From Takakia lepidozioides (Eukaryota; Plantae; Bryophyta): a stretch of DNA of 64,000 nt. The stretch covers positions 20,832,001 through 20,896,000 of the forward strand of contig CM060731.1 in NCBI GenBank assembly GCA_030704615.1, read 5' to 3'. Numbering within the stretch: the first letter of the stretch is position 1; every line of letters starts with the position of its first letter. The translations under genes and the position numbers were made by a program. Of the stretch, positions 1 through 13,190 are shown piece after piece. The notes beneath the pieces were generated by a model. That model was not told the origin of the DNA. It searched no databases and saw nothing but the letters and a program-made list of their open reading frames with translations.

Positions 1-266
1 ATTTAGCCTCTGAAACTTTTTCACCAAATAGGCACTCGACATCTGGCTGCGGAAGAAGTGTGCCCCAGGCATTCAGGGCATCCAGAGGTGTCCCTCACTT
101 TACTGAGGATTTTTATCACATGCATTCATGGCAAAATTGAACCAACTACTCTCTCACCATCTGAGTCTGACCACTTTACCTGGTAAATCAGGGAATATAT
201 GTCTACATGAAAGGCTGCACAAAACAACCAGTGGCACAGATACAGAAACCTACAGGGAGCACTTAC

Positions 267-1485
267 ATCAAGACCCGCTTCAACTATAAAATCCGGCATC
301 ATCTGATCCCCATGTACAGAAAGAGTTCTCTGTACAGGTGCAATATTGCCTTCATCCAATGGAATGTCTTTAACAACAGCCACATTGCTTTCCTCCTGCA
401 ATAGACCAAGTGCAACAGGCTCACAGTTTGCAGTTCTGACATCATCATTGTCTTTTGTTGCATCAGCCTCACCTTCACCTGCCCCATCAATCTTCAAGTC
501 CCCTTCTTTCCTACTTGCTTCATCCAGGGCATCCAGACACGGGATAAGGGAAGAAATTGTTGCAGGCTGCGTTCCATCTGGCAAAACCTGGTTTAGCAGA
601 CCTCCTATGCCTGTTAATTGCAAGTCCATCCCTGATGAAAACTTTCCTTCAACTTTCTCTGGGTCACCCAGTGTGGCCCCATCCTGCTCCTCTCCAACGC
701 CAGCATTGTCTAGGAACTGGCCAGCCACAGTGGCTAACAGCTCAAAGAATCCTGTGCGGTCCCCAAAGTTGGACTGTCGTTGTGCAGCTTCTCCTCGCCC
801 CTACAAAAAAGGGAACCGCATGCAACATTTCACAGGAAGGACAACCAGCTCGTGCTCGCAATGTAACTCAAGTAACACATCTGTGTAACCGAAAATGAAG
901 GAAGCAAACTTAAAATATCCAGCCATTTACAGAGCCCCAAGAGGAAGCAACAGCAACTCAAATCTAAACACTCCACCATCCATTGCAGGCAGTAAATGTG
1001 AAATTGCTGGAGGCAGTTACTAGGGAGAAAACATTTCTCCGATCTGTTAAACCAAAGCTTTTCCTTTCACATAGGCAAATTTGAGAAGCATGCGAGCTTG
1101 ATACGAGTAGAAACTGTGCTAAGGATGCTTCTGTGGTGAGATCACCAATCCAGATTCGCTGCAGCTCCTGCAGGAGCAAGATTTGGCATGACCTGGACCA
1201 CAATCTAGAGAAGAATTTTGCCAACACAAATTCCATGTATCAATGCAGATCCTATAGAACAAGAAAATTATGCTAGCATTTTAAGTGCACAGGCTGCCAG
1301 TTCTATGGCTCATATAATTCACCGCAATAAAAAACAGATCCCTCCATAAAAAGCAGAAATGAGAAAATATGGACAGAGAGAATGTCAGCAAAAGTCCATA
1401 CTCGAGAAGAGCGCATTGCTCGAGGCAGGGCGGGTCCATTGTAGCCAGGAAAATCACCTACTACCTTCCGACCTTGAGCATCCAT
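267..1485 (-). CDS. Telomere repeat-binding protein (TRP/TRFL family), 5' exons join(1402-1485,267-800); gene continues toward or past the window start
   Basis: Exon 1 MDAQGRKVVGDFPGYNGPALPRAMRSSR ends at a GT donor (1401). Exon 2 follows a tttttgtag acceptor and reads GRGEAAQRQSNFGDRTGFFELLATVAGQFL, matching the TRP N-terminal motifs 'GY.vP..PRA.RS.R' and 'FdLLATVAG.LL'. It ends at a gtaagt donor (266). Downstream exons and the Myb domain are not resolved. Confidence 0.75.
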
Positions 1486-4400
1486 CCTTCCTCACATTAC
1501 CCTTGCATGCAACCCATATCCAATCTCCCAGCAATCTGACAAACTTTGTACCAAAATCCCTGTGCCTTAGTTGACACTAAAACAGTCTTGCCAGGTTTGC
1601 AAAAAACCTTCAGTTCCCTCTTAGCATACTGATATAATGAGGGCCTTCATTGTCCTTCAAATGAGTGCTCCCTGGCACATGCAACGCAGTCTGGGACCAA
1701 ATAACATGCCAGATTAGTATGTAGTTCAATCAAAACATTCTGAATACGTCAAAAGCCTTGCAATTGATCTCACTGAAGCTCCCAATGCTGACCCTTACCT
1801 GAGAAAATAGTAACCTCTCTAAGAACTCTCACCATGATCAGATGCAGCCTCTATACAACGAGCAAACATCAGAATGTCTACACAGATATAAATGAGAAAA
1901 TTAGAAATCACTCCTAATAAGAAAAATCGAAAACCCTGGACAAATCATAGTCATGCTTCTGAGACTCATCCAACACAAGGCTCTGGCAAAATCCTTGTTA
2001 TGCCAATGGGCCAGCCAACTGCCAACCATGTCAAATTGCAATTTTGAAAACCAAACTTGAACATGTAATCAAAACCTCACTGAGACAGTAAACTTCCTGG
2101 TACCCATGTTTTCATCTTTTGATAGTTCTTCTTTACCTTGGATTAGCTATCTCATTAATCTTTGGTTCCCAACCCCAGCACACCTCAATTCGTATAGGAA
2201 ATGTCCAGCAAAAATGCAGGACACAGAAGTACATTTTATGGTCGATTCATTAACACTGTCAACAAACTCTGCACTAGACCCTGCCAACTGGCTATCTATC
2301 CAATATCTATGACACGGAGTGCATTCTTGGGTTTTAGTCATCTATACTGTGGCAAACATCCACAACACACAATTTAATATATGTCACAAATACAGCAACT
2401 AGACCAGTGAGACCACAATTTGCAACAAAGATAGGAGCTTTACCAACATGACACTTGCATCTGATTGAAGATCTCAAGAGATGGCAATAACCACTAACCA
2501 ACTGTATTCAAACAGCCTCCACCCTCACATTCTCCAAATACCAACCATCTCCAAGGATTTCAAAAGCTCGTCAGTGAGGTTGCAAAGTTGCATAGCCATG
2601 GAACCACTCCTGTACCTTCATCTGATATGTCGTCAGTATCTACAGAGTTTCCCGAAGTGATCAGTTGCAAGAACTGCCACGACCTTCACTGCTGAGATCA
2701 AATTGATCGTGTCGCTTCTGCCCTGGTGCTACAGCTTGTCACAATGCTCCCATGGAAGGGAGCCATATGAACCACAGACTAACTGGCTAACCGCTGCAAT
2801 GCAGAACCTTATACCAGGAAAGAATGGTACTTGCAGGCCAGCAATCAAATCAGTACCAGAATTGGCAGGCGACCACGGTATTCCTCAAATGATCAATCTA
2901 AATATCAAAATCTCATGCGATGGAAGCTATAAATTTCACATATAACGAGTTATGTGAAAGAGATCCACGGATGGCAAGAAACAAACGGAGAAAAGTACTT
3001 GCATAACCGCCAATTTGCACCAAAAGAATCACTAACACTCACCATCGATTGCACGAAGTTCGACCCCTCCACCATATGCCTAATCCTACTTGTCATGAAT
3101 GCCATGACTTGCATAATTGCTAAACCCTTGCTGATGAAGCACCGCTAAACCCTCTCCCGTGGTACAAGAACTAGTCTGAACCCCCCTAAAATCGCACCTT
3201 TCCATGCGCTATCCGCAGCGAACACCAGATAGATTCCCGTATTGTCAAATTGACATAAGCATTCTCAAGTCACCGTCAGATTCCAGCCTACAGACTCTGT
3301 CACTCAATACAGCGATACAATCCCGCCTAGAGCTCAGAAAATAAAAAATTCCGTATCCCAAAGAGAATTACTGCCTCCAGTTGGCCAAATTACTCCTTCA
3401 CGATGCGCAGCGAAAGCGCCAGGAGCAAATAGCAAGCGGAGAAGAGAGGAAGGAAACCGTGTCAGACGCAACAAGGACCGAGCTCCAACCACTCACACAA
3501 CCCCTGCTCACCACACTGCACTGTCGCTAACCACAACCGAACTACGAGCCACGTGTCTCTATCTACCGTCCACTTTGACTTGTAGACCAACCCTCAATTC
3601 CCACGTGTCCAAGTGCAAGTGTCTTGTTCATGGATCCATGAATTCTTACAAAAAATAAATTAAAAAATAAAAATCTTACCAGCAGCCTTTGCTTTTGAAC
3701 TTAGCAGAGGCTTAAACGACGAGCTATCTTTTGGTGGGCCCACTAAAAAAGAATGCACACCCTTATGGATGAGGGTGTAACTTTTTACCCCATTCATCTA
3801 TGGGGATGAACGGATGAACCTTATAATTATGTGCATATTTACTACATCCACGTCGTCAAAAGTATAGGCAATTTGACCATTGCATTTGGAAGATTTTTAC
3901 AAATGGTGTACCCGGGTTTTAATTTTTCTCCCCTCAAATAAGTCTAAATAAAATTTATCCAGGGCCTCTTTACTCCCCTGTCTAATAATAATAATAATAA
4001 TAATCTGCCCCAATTTGTAAATGTATTCAAAAATTGCATGGAAAAAATGCAAAATTCAAGCATCGAGTTGAATTTTCCCAGATAATCTGATTATATGGCA
4101 CATAAAGGACTGCCTCCCCCAAAAGTCAGACCAAAATTCCAAATATTGAGAATTATATGTGAAATCAAGGGGATAAATTGTCATGGTTTGGCAAGTTCTT
4201 TCCTAAGTTACACCCATGAAGTCATATTTGTTTCTAATTCCTCCAGTAAGCAAGTGCACAGGAATATTTCATTGTGCCTTGTCCAAAAAATTTGACATTC
4301 TGATCAATTCTCAACCGTAGATCTTATTTACAATCTTGCCCATTTGGCCTACCACGTGGGCGTGCTCAACAATGGATTTCTTGACCCATGGCACTTTGCA

Positions 4401-5744
4401 AATTTCTAGGGAACAGAGCTTTAAGAATTTTAGGGCGTTGTAAATTACCACATGTGAACATGTACAATTTATCTTCCGGGTTCACTTACATCCAGACCAA
4501 GGAGGAAAATCCATGAAAAAAAAACAAAAAAACACCAGGTTGGGAGGACTAATGGCGTTGTCATATTGAACGTCGAGGGACTAGCGGACGTGATGAGTGT
4601 GGGGGGGCATCACATTGTCAGAGGGGGTTGTGGGGGGCACAGGGCGGCCCGGCTTGGGGTGGGGCTCGGGGGTCGGGGCTCGGGAGTCACTCGCACATGC
4701 CTCGTGCGTGTGGATGCATTAGATTAATCGACAGAGGCTCCTTAGTCCTTACAAGCCGCGCATAAACGACCGGTGACGAGATTGCGGGGGTTAAAAGGAC
4801 CAAAAAAACAATAAAAAAATAAATTGCCAATTCTTTCCGTACCCTTTGGACTTGGTCTTCAGGGAATGTTCATAGTCCTAAGCATAGGTATCATCAGCTC
4901 CATTTTGTTGATGTATCACCTCCACCTATGGACCGGCGAGCTTTACAACCAGATTTGGCCGGCGATATGTTCCAAAAAACCATTCAACAGCCATTCACTT
5001 GATTACCAATAAAAGGAAAAAGAGATTTTAACCTCTAAAGGATGCGACCCATCAGAATTTGCCACGATCCAGCTTTCATGGATGATAGTGCCCATTCCAT
5101 CCCGATGTGGACGGCCACGATCGCCCTCTACTATTTCAACATTTGAAATCCATACTATCTAATCTTCACTACTATAGGTTATACATCCAGACGTCCATTA
5201 AGAGTATGAATGCACATCATAATCGTCCACAAATTAGAGCGGCTACATCTCAAGCATCCGCCACCTATCACATAAACAGCCGCCTATCATGACCTAGGCT
5301 TCTGGCTAATTGAACCCTCTCTTCATGCATGCCCTTGCCCGCTGTGTTTCCCATGTTATTGCACAATTGCATCTGCAGTTTGTATTATGGTGTCACGAGC
5401 CACATCAAATACACACAATGACCACCTCTACGCCAAGCCTTGCAAGTCCCAAAGAATGAACCATTCAAGCACATGAGCTTGCAATGGGTCCCAAGCACAA
5501 CAAATGGTCATAATGGTAATTTTATGAGTAGTGAGAAAGCGTACATAATTTGGAATCGTGTACCTAACTTTATGCAAGGGGAGAAAACTAAGGTTGAGGC
5601 TCCCACACACTTCTACAATATGAATAGCCTCAAAAGCATCTGCAGCAAGGGAGTCGAGCAGCTCATAGAGCAAACACCTTCCTTACCACCATCATGTTTG
5701 CATTCTCCCCAGACCCTATTGTTGGAATGGTATTATTGAGAATG

Positions 5745-6495
5745 CGGTTTGTTTATCTCTCACCAGTGTCTTCCTCTTCAAAATGTGCTTGTTCTCTCAA
5801 AGTCCATGTACAAGCTGGACCTTTTCATGTTCACAATGACATACTTGTTTTATCGCTCAGAGTCCATGTACAAGTTCAAGGTTTTCATGTTCACAATGTG
5901 TGTTTGTTTTTTTCTCTTAGAGTCCATGTACAAGCCGGTCCTCGTGTTCACAATGTGCTTGCTTTCTCTCTAAGAGTCCATGTACAAGATGGTCCTCATG
6001 TTCTAAATGTGCTTGCTTTCTCTCTCATAGTCCATGACATGTAAGCGGTATTTTTCATGTTCGGAACATGCTTTGTTTTTTCTCTTAGACAAATTGGTCC
6101 CAATCCTCTTCAGAATGTGTTTATCTCTCTCATAGTCAATACAATACAAGTTGGTCCTCCACTTCAAAATGTGTTTGCTTTCTCTTTCAGAGTCCATGTA
6201 CAAGCTAGTCCTCCAGTTTAAAATATATTTGATTTTTGCAGAGTCATACACGTACAAGGTTGTCCTCTATTTCAAAATGTGCTTGCTTTCTCTCAAAGAG
6301 GGTCATGTACAAGCGGGTCCTCATGTTCACAATGTGCTTGTTGTCTCTCTCAGGTACAAGCTAATAATTTTCATATTCACAATATGTTTGTCGTCTCTCG
6401 CATAGTCCAATATGTACAAGCTCGTCCGCCACTAATTCAGAATGTGCTTGTTGTCTCTCTCATAGTCTATGTACAAGCTGGTCCTACACTTCAGA
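5745..6495 (+). repeat. Degenerate minisatellite, unit about 45-48 bp (about 15-16 copies)
   Basis: Consensus approx. ctctcagagtccatgtacaagctggtcctcatgttcacaatgtgcttgtt repeated head-to-tail; it produces the repetitive RVHVQAGP ORFs. Confidence 0.9.
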
Positions 6496-6710
6496 CGAGG
6501 TTTAGAAGGTATCCAATCTTTCGAACACATGCTCAAAGTGTTATTTAGGAGCTGTCGTGCACTTCAGGATCATGCTACAACATACATTGATATCCAACCA
6601 CACTTCCTACCACACAATCCTAGAAAGCTATGCCACAATATTCACATTAAAGAACAAATCCCAGTTCTTCCAAGTGAAATCTCATTCCATCACATGAGGC
6701 AAAATGACAC

Positions 6711-7032
6711 TGTCAAGTTATTTCCCCACTAGTATGAAACTAGCTAGGAAATAGCTAGCTTTTACATATTGACATTTGGGATTGGCCCAAGTATCAATCC
6801 AGGGGTCAAGCAAATTTAGCCCTGGAGTGGTTTATCTTCACGCAAGCGCGGGAGGCTCATCTTTCTCGAGTTGAGCCTCACCGCGCCTAGCTATGGCGCA
6901 TAGTTGGGATTCCCCATGGCGTGGGGGTACACTGGCTGACTTGTATTTGAGTGACGAGTTTATTATGCATGAGTTTATGCTTCAGCTTTGTGAGCTCGCA
7001 TGAAGCTTGGGCTTGTATTCTTCTTCTTATCA
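6711..7032 (+). repeat. E1 5' terminal repeat A1 (TGT...ATCA)
   Basis: Begins tgtcaagttattt and aligns closely with 27849-28167. Contains the hairpin gaggctca-(tctttctcgagt)-tgagcctc. Confidence 0.9.
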
Positions 7033-7914
7033 CTCGAGAAGAGAGCTTGTATCTGTGAGTGCCAGATACGAGTTAGTTGTAGCACTTGTGGTTTTTGCTT
7101 GAGAATGAGAGAAACCAGGTTGTTATGCAAGGAGCACCGTGGAGCTCAACTTCAACCATAGACTAGCATGTGACAAGACAAGGAAGGAGGGGTGAAGCTC
7201 ATGTTTCATTCCCTTTTGGCTTAAGGTTTTGTGGTGATGGGTTGATCAAGCAAGTGATGCTTATGTGGAGCATGCTTCCAATATGGCTTCCAATTTCAAG
7301 CTTGAGGAGAGCTAGAGGTAAGGGGAGCAAGTTGATCCCTTGTGTATGAGGTGATGCAGGTGTGGAGCATGCTTTGGCTTGAGCTTTGCAATTTCAAACT
7401 TGAGAGGAGTGGCTCTTAAGAACTAGGCAAGGTAATGGAGCTTGAAGACCAAGGCTTGAGAGGAGACAAGGCTTGGTGGCTTGGCCAAAGGAGGTACAAG
7501 CTTGATTTTGAGTTCCAATGAGAAATTGAGCTTGTTGTGTGGCCAATGCATTGCTAGTTTAGTTGGAGACAACTTGAGTAGCTTAAGTTGAAGAAGATCA
7601 AGGGAATTGCCTTGGTACCCCATAGAATTCATGGATGCTTGAGGGGATAGCATAAGGAGCACAAACCTAGTTGGTAAAGCTAAACTAAAGGAAATCAAGG
7701 GGGAAGTGGCTAAAGCTTAGGGGAAATGGCTAAACCCGAGGGGGAAATGAACTACTCTATGAGAGGGAAATGGCTATTCCTAAGGGGAATACAAGGGGAA
7801 TACATATAGGCCCAGGGGAATATTCGGGGAATAATATGGCATATTCTCCTGAATATTCCTAAGGAACTTTGGGAACCCATTGGGAACGCATTGGGCACAT
7901 GGTGATATAGGAAG

Positions 7915-8110
7915 AGTCCTTGGAGGACCATTTGGAGGACCATTGGCAGTCCTTGGAGGACTGTTTGGAGGACCATTGGGAGTCCTTGGAGGACTGCTTG
8001 GAAGACCATTTGGGAGTCCTAGAGGACTGTTTGGGGTCCTGGAGGACCATTTGGAGTTATTGGAGGACTAGTTGGGGGGTCCTGGAGGGCCTATTTGGCG
8101 AGCTTGAGGA
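7915..8110 (+). repeat. Short tandem repeats (ttggaggacca/ctg) in the E1 leader
   Basis: Repeated 12-mer-based units give the LEDHLEDH and SSKQSSK low-complexity ORFs. Confidence 0.8.
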
Positions 8111-10549
8111 GTCTTTGGCGATTTGTGTGAGGGACTATTGGGGTCCTCGAGGGCTAAGTTTTGGCAGGCTCTTGGGGCCTTGGTGTACTGTTTTGGAGTC
8201 CCATCGTGCAAGGATTGGGAGCCTTAGTGAGATTGTTTGAGAGACATATTCTTGAGGGCTCCTGGAGAGTTATTTGAGAGACCCTTGAAAGGTAGTCTTG
8301 TCTATTGTTCAAGCAAGAGAGTGTGGAGATAGGGTAGTGGGATGAGGGCATGCTGGGATTAGGAATTGCTTTAGTCTCTTTTCCTTGTAGTCTTTCACCC
8401 TCTCTGTAAGCCAAAACATTTCCGTAGGTGGAGGCAAGAGTCAGTCCGGGTTTGGGCTGGGGTGTCATTGCAGGAGCGACACTGTGGAGTTGTTTTGGTG
8501 TGGGGGAGTTGTCGTCTTGATTTTCTTGTGTTTGGATCACCTCCCCAACTACATGCTTGACTGTGCGCCATGTCAGCTTTCACTACAACAAATTGCGGCT
8601 TTTACGTCTCTGTGTTATGACTGCAAATGCAGTCATGGAAGCCATTTACGACTTCCTGACTCTGCAAACGTAAAGACCTAGTCAGTGTGACATGGCAGAT
8701 ATGACTCTCCAGGCTGGCTGTCACGTGGCGCCAGAGCAGCTGGGGGGGGGGTAGTCATACACACTGGTTACTGAATGACTGAACGGACAGTGTAGTCCAT
8801 GTCAGTGGCTGTGCAAGAGTGGCACGTGCTCGATGCAGGAAATGACACGTGGTAGAGTGTTTAGCTCCCATGATGCGAAACTATGACTACGGGTGTGCTA
8901 ATCCGGTTGCAACACGTGGCCGCGTTGCAGTTTTTACACGTGGTCCATCAGCAGATTGACATGTGTCATGATGGGTGTTTTTTTGGGTATTTGGGGTGTA
9001 TTGCTATTTATTTAATATTGTATTTCTGCCACGTGGTGTAGTACTATTGGAGAGTGTGAAAATAGATGTAGTCATTATTATGACTATGATAGCGTCATGT
9101 ACATGTCTATTACAACAAATGAAATATAATATATAATACAAAGAGAAACAAGGCAGCAAGACATAACTGCAACAAGCTGAGAAAAACCAAGAGATTGCAT
9201 ACCATCTCTATTTACCAATCTATTTATCATTATCATTTTTGTTGCGATCTAAAAATACATTAAATAGTCGCATGTTCTCATGTGAATTATTTGGTCTAAC
9301 TATAACACTTTGAAAAGTGTTCACCCAGAATCTTCTAACTACTCATGGTATTCCATCAATCTGCAACCCATAAAAAACGGCTTGCATGGCTTGAAGAAAT
9401 TACTACAGCAAGGACATTTGTTGTTTTCCAAGTTCTTGCATAAGATGCACCAACCAATATTGCATTGTGAGACACTCACTCGAGTCCAGGGAGGGAAGGT
9501 CACTGAGCAACCTGCCAAGCGGAAACAATTAAGAGAATTATCTAATACCATGTATGAAAAAACCAATGCCAGTGGTTTATGGTAAACTTCTCTCCCAGTC
9601 CTAAACAAACCAAAGCAAAAAACGGTGGGTATTGGCGAAGTCGTCAGATACTTCACAAAGAAACATGCACTAAAAATGAAAACCAGGATGATAGGAAGGT
9701 CACTCACGTTTATATAAAGACATCTTGCCCATTGCCCAGCACCCTGCATCAACCACACTCTATCTCTATTCCTTCAGCTATCCATGCCTCTGCACAAATC
9801 AAGCATTCAGCGTTGCTGCTAGCAGCTGACAATGACAGCCTACATTTGTTCTAGGAAACACCCAACTCAAGTGTAGCACACTAGTTCCTATGCTGAATGC
9901 ACTGCTACTCTCTGAAATGTAACAGGCATTCACCTTTCTGCAGCCCGGGGAACCCCCAACTCAGTGTAGCACACTAGTTCCTATGCTGAATTGCATCTGC
10001 TACTCTCTGAAATGTAAACAGGCATTCACCTTTCTGCCCGGTTGACCCATCAGTGACTGGGCTCAGATAAGTATTCATTCCACAGCTTCTCCTCATCTCT
10101 GTTACCTATTTTTTGACACTTTCCTGTTGTATCATATCAAAGTCACTCCAAACTAGATTCACTCAACCAGCTAACTTGCAGAATTGAACATGTAAATTTA
10201 GGGCCGATTCTGATAAGAGGGAAAAACAGGGTGAAATGTGTTGAAGAAGATGCCTTCATTAGCAGTGCCTGATTTTATCACTTGTGCGCTGCTCCAGTTG
10301 ACCATCTACCCATGCAGGTTTCTTGTAGCTATTGATCCACAGGGAATCACATGTAAATCTTGTGCTTGAAATCTGGCCTTCTTGATGAATCTGGACCCAC
10401 ACGAAATCCCTGCTCCTTCAGCTATCATGCCTCTGCACAAATCATGCATACATCCTCGCCTTGCTGCTAGCAGCTGACAATGACAGCCTAGAATTGTCAA
10501 AGCAAACACTAGCAGGGAAAACAGGGTGAAATATGTTGAAGAAGGTACC

Positions 10550-11170
10550 TTCATCCTTTTCTCCATCATTTTGCTTTCAGGTGTCCAAAGCCCCATCCCG
10601 CGCTCCTGCTCTGCACACCCTTCAAGCATCGCATTCCACGACACCGCATCCAGTTCAGCCATAGTGTTGAACACTCCCTTGGCATCCTCAATGCTCCCAC
10701 ATTTAGCATACATGGCCACCAGAGCCATGTTCAGGATGACATCTGGTACAATTGCAGATTTTGATGATGTCACCAGGGATCTCTTTGCCCTTTTCCAGGG
10801 CTGCAGACGCACTGCAAACGCACACAAACGTTATGTCGGCGGCCTTCACCCCTTCCCCCATCATTTTCCCAAAGGTTGGAGCCTCCATCCCGCACCCCAG
10901 CTGTGCATACCCAACAAGCATCGCACTCCACGACACCACATCTCGTTCAGCCACAGTGTTGAACACTCCCTTTGCATCCTCAATGCACCCACAATTGGCG
11001 TACATGTCCACCAGGGTAGGGGCAGTGTTCAAAAGGACATGTGGTAATTTGACAGGCATTCACATCCTGACTTGGCTATTCCCAACCCATCCTGCCATTG
11101 GCAAGAGATTCCACAGAAACTGATAGTTGTCTGTTTGACTGTATAACTATGTATCTCTTGCTTTCTTACA
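10550..11170 (-). pseudogene. Captured PLS-class PPR gene fragment (frameshifted)
   Basis: LVDMYANCGCIEDAKGVFNTVAERDVVSWSAMLVGYAQLG and LVAMYAKCGSIEDAKGVFNTMAELDAVSWNAMLEG lie in two frames inside the CACTA element. Confidence 0.88.
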
Positions 11171-12749
11171 GCTTGTACTGTGACACGCGTAATGCTCTTG
11201 TTGTGTTGAATCATTTCACGCCTTCAGGTTTCAGAACAAACATTACCGTCTTTCTTTATCAGACATGTGCACCAAGACAGAATCTCACCAAAAGATTGTT
11301 GGTGTTCAACAGTACCATACATGAAGATAACTAGCACCAAAAGGGCATATGAAGCTTATTCTGCTCTCCACTGGTATTAACTTGCACCAGGACTTTCAAT
11401 GGCTGTCTTCCAGTCCACCCACGGCCCGCTATAAATGGCTTGCAACCTACAGATTTTCAAGAGAGCTGATTACCATGAAAATTTCAAAACTGGCTTTACA
11501 AACCTAATAATTCAAGCATAATCAGCATTCAAGCTAAGGAAGCTTTACAAGCATCGTGTTGCGAGTAAAGCCTTGGCAATGTCACCAGGAAATCCCTGGC
11601 TGAATGGATGACACTGAAATAATGGAGCTTGAAATCCGGCCCTCTTGGACGAATTTGGGCCCACACTCTATCCCTGCTCCTTCAGCTATCTATGCCTCTG
11701 CACAAAATCCTTCAGCTATCTATGCATTCATCCTTGCCTTCCTGCTAGCAGCTGACAATGACAGCCTAGAATTGTTCCAACAAACACCCCCAACCCTACT
11801 TATCAACGAGCAATGAGCTAACTTACAAAATTCAATATGCATCTCAGGGCGTCTGATGAGAGGGCAAAACATGCTGAAATAGGTCGAAGAAGAAGGTGCC
11901 CTCACCACACTGTCCTTGACCTTGTGTCATGACCCATGGAGGATTTGACCTTGTGTGTGATGCTTGTGTCTGTAGTCAGGTAATGTCGGATTGGTCAATG
12001 AGAACCTGCACCACGGTGCAGCTGAGCAGGCAGACTTTGAAACACGGTCTGCTAAGACCAAGCTGACTCTCCCAAAAACCTTGTAAAACATCAGGAAGAA
12101 TATCAAATCATGGTACTAACAGGAGCCAACAACCCACATTTGCAGGATAGACAAAATTCTGCACATCGTACATTAAAAAAAAACAACACCTTGCGATTGC
12201 GGTCGCACCCTCGTGAGGGATCTTAAAAAAACTCATGCCAGCTCTGCTCCATGATTCAAATTCAGGGCTGAGTCTGATGAGAGGGCAAAATAGGCTGAAA
12301 TAGGTCGAAGAAGAAGGTGCCCTCACCACATTGTCCTCGACCTTGTGATGAACCCAAGATGACCTCTAGTGTGTGCTGCTTGTGTCTGTAATTAGGTAAT
12401 GTCGGATTGGTCAGTGAGAACCACCACGGTGCAGCTGAGTGGGCAGAGATTGAAACACGGCCTACTAAGACCAAGCTAACTCTCCCAAGAACCTTGTAAA
12501 CATCAGGAAGAATACCAAATCATGGTACTAACAGGAGAGCCAACCCACATTTGCAGGATGGACAAACTTCTTCACATCGTACATTAAGAAAAAGCCACAC
12601 CTTGCGATTGCGGTTGTCCCACCATCGTGAAGGATCTTTTAGAAACTCATGCCAGCTCTGCTCCATGCTGTAAAATCAGGGCCGAGCGGGTAGAGATTGA
12701 AACACGGCCTGCTAAGACGAAGCTGACTCTCCCAAGAAGCGGGCTCCCA

Positions 12750-12835
12750 GCCGAAACCTCCTCGCACACATACCCTAGCGTTTCTAGGGTTGCTTGCTCC
12801 AGATGCGAAGGTTGATCCAACTGCGGGCCTCCCAT
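12750..12835 (-). pseudogene. Captured importin beta-1 fragment
   Basis: MGGPQLDQPSHLEQATLETLGYVCEEVS resembles the conserved importin-beta HEAT segment 'KQATLETLGYLCEEVS' (recognised from memory). Confidence 0.7.
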
Positions 12836-12986
12836 GCATGTTTGCCCTCTCTCCCGCTCGCTCGCTCTAAGTCCCAACCCTCTCTCTCTCTCCCTCCCGC
12901 TCGCTCTAAGTCTGTTCACGCTACTGTGATGGGCAACTTTTTAAGTTTTTTAACCTTTTTGTAAACCCTAAAAGCCCCTTTTTTGA

Positions 12987-13190
12987 TTTTTTTTTTTTTT
13001 TTTTTCTTAAAGGAAACCACAAGCCCTTGAGGAGGGGGAAAATTCACCCGCCTTCATTTATGGGCCATAAGACCTACAGGACGATCAACGTCAAGACATA
13101 CCTCGAACAATCCCACACACGGGATAAGGGCAGCGGGTTTGAACCCCAAACCACAAGGACGACACACTGTGCACTTACCAGCCGATGTGA
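12987..13190 (-). mobile_element. tRNA-derived SINE inside the CACTA element
   Basis: Minus strand has a B-box GGTTCAAACCC, a body shared with 46900-47110 and 39970-40065, and a poly(A) tail. Probable TSD tgattttttt. Confidence 0.75.

Noticed and set aside
346-888. 180-aa plus-strand ORF
   Set aside because: Antisense shadow of TRP exon 2.
5745-6495. CRISPR-like array
   Set aside because: Units are contiguous degenerate repeats without unique spacers; no cas genes; eukaryotic context.
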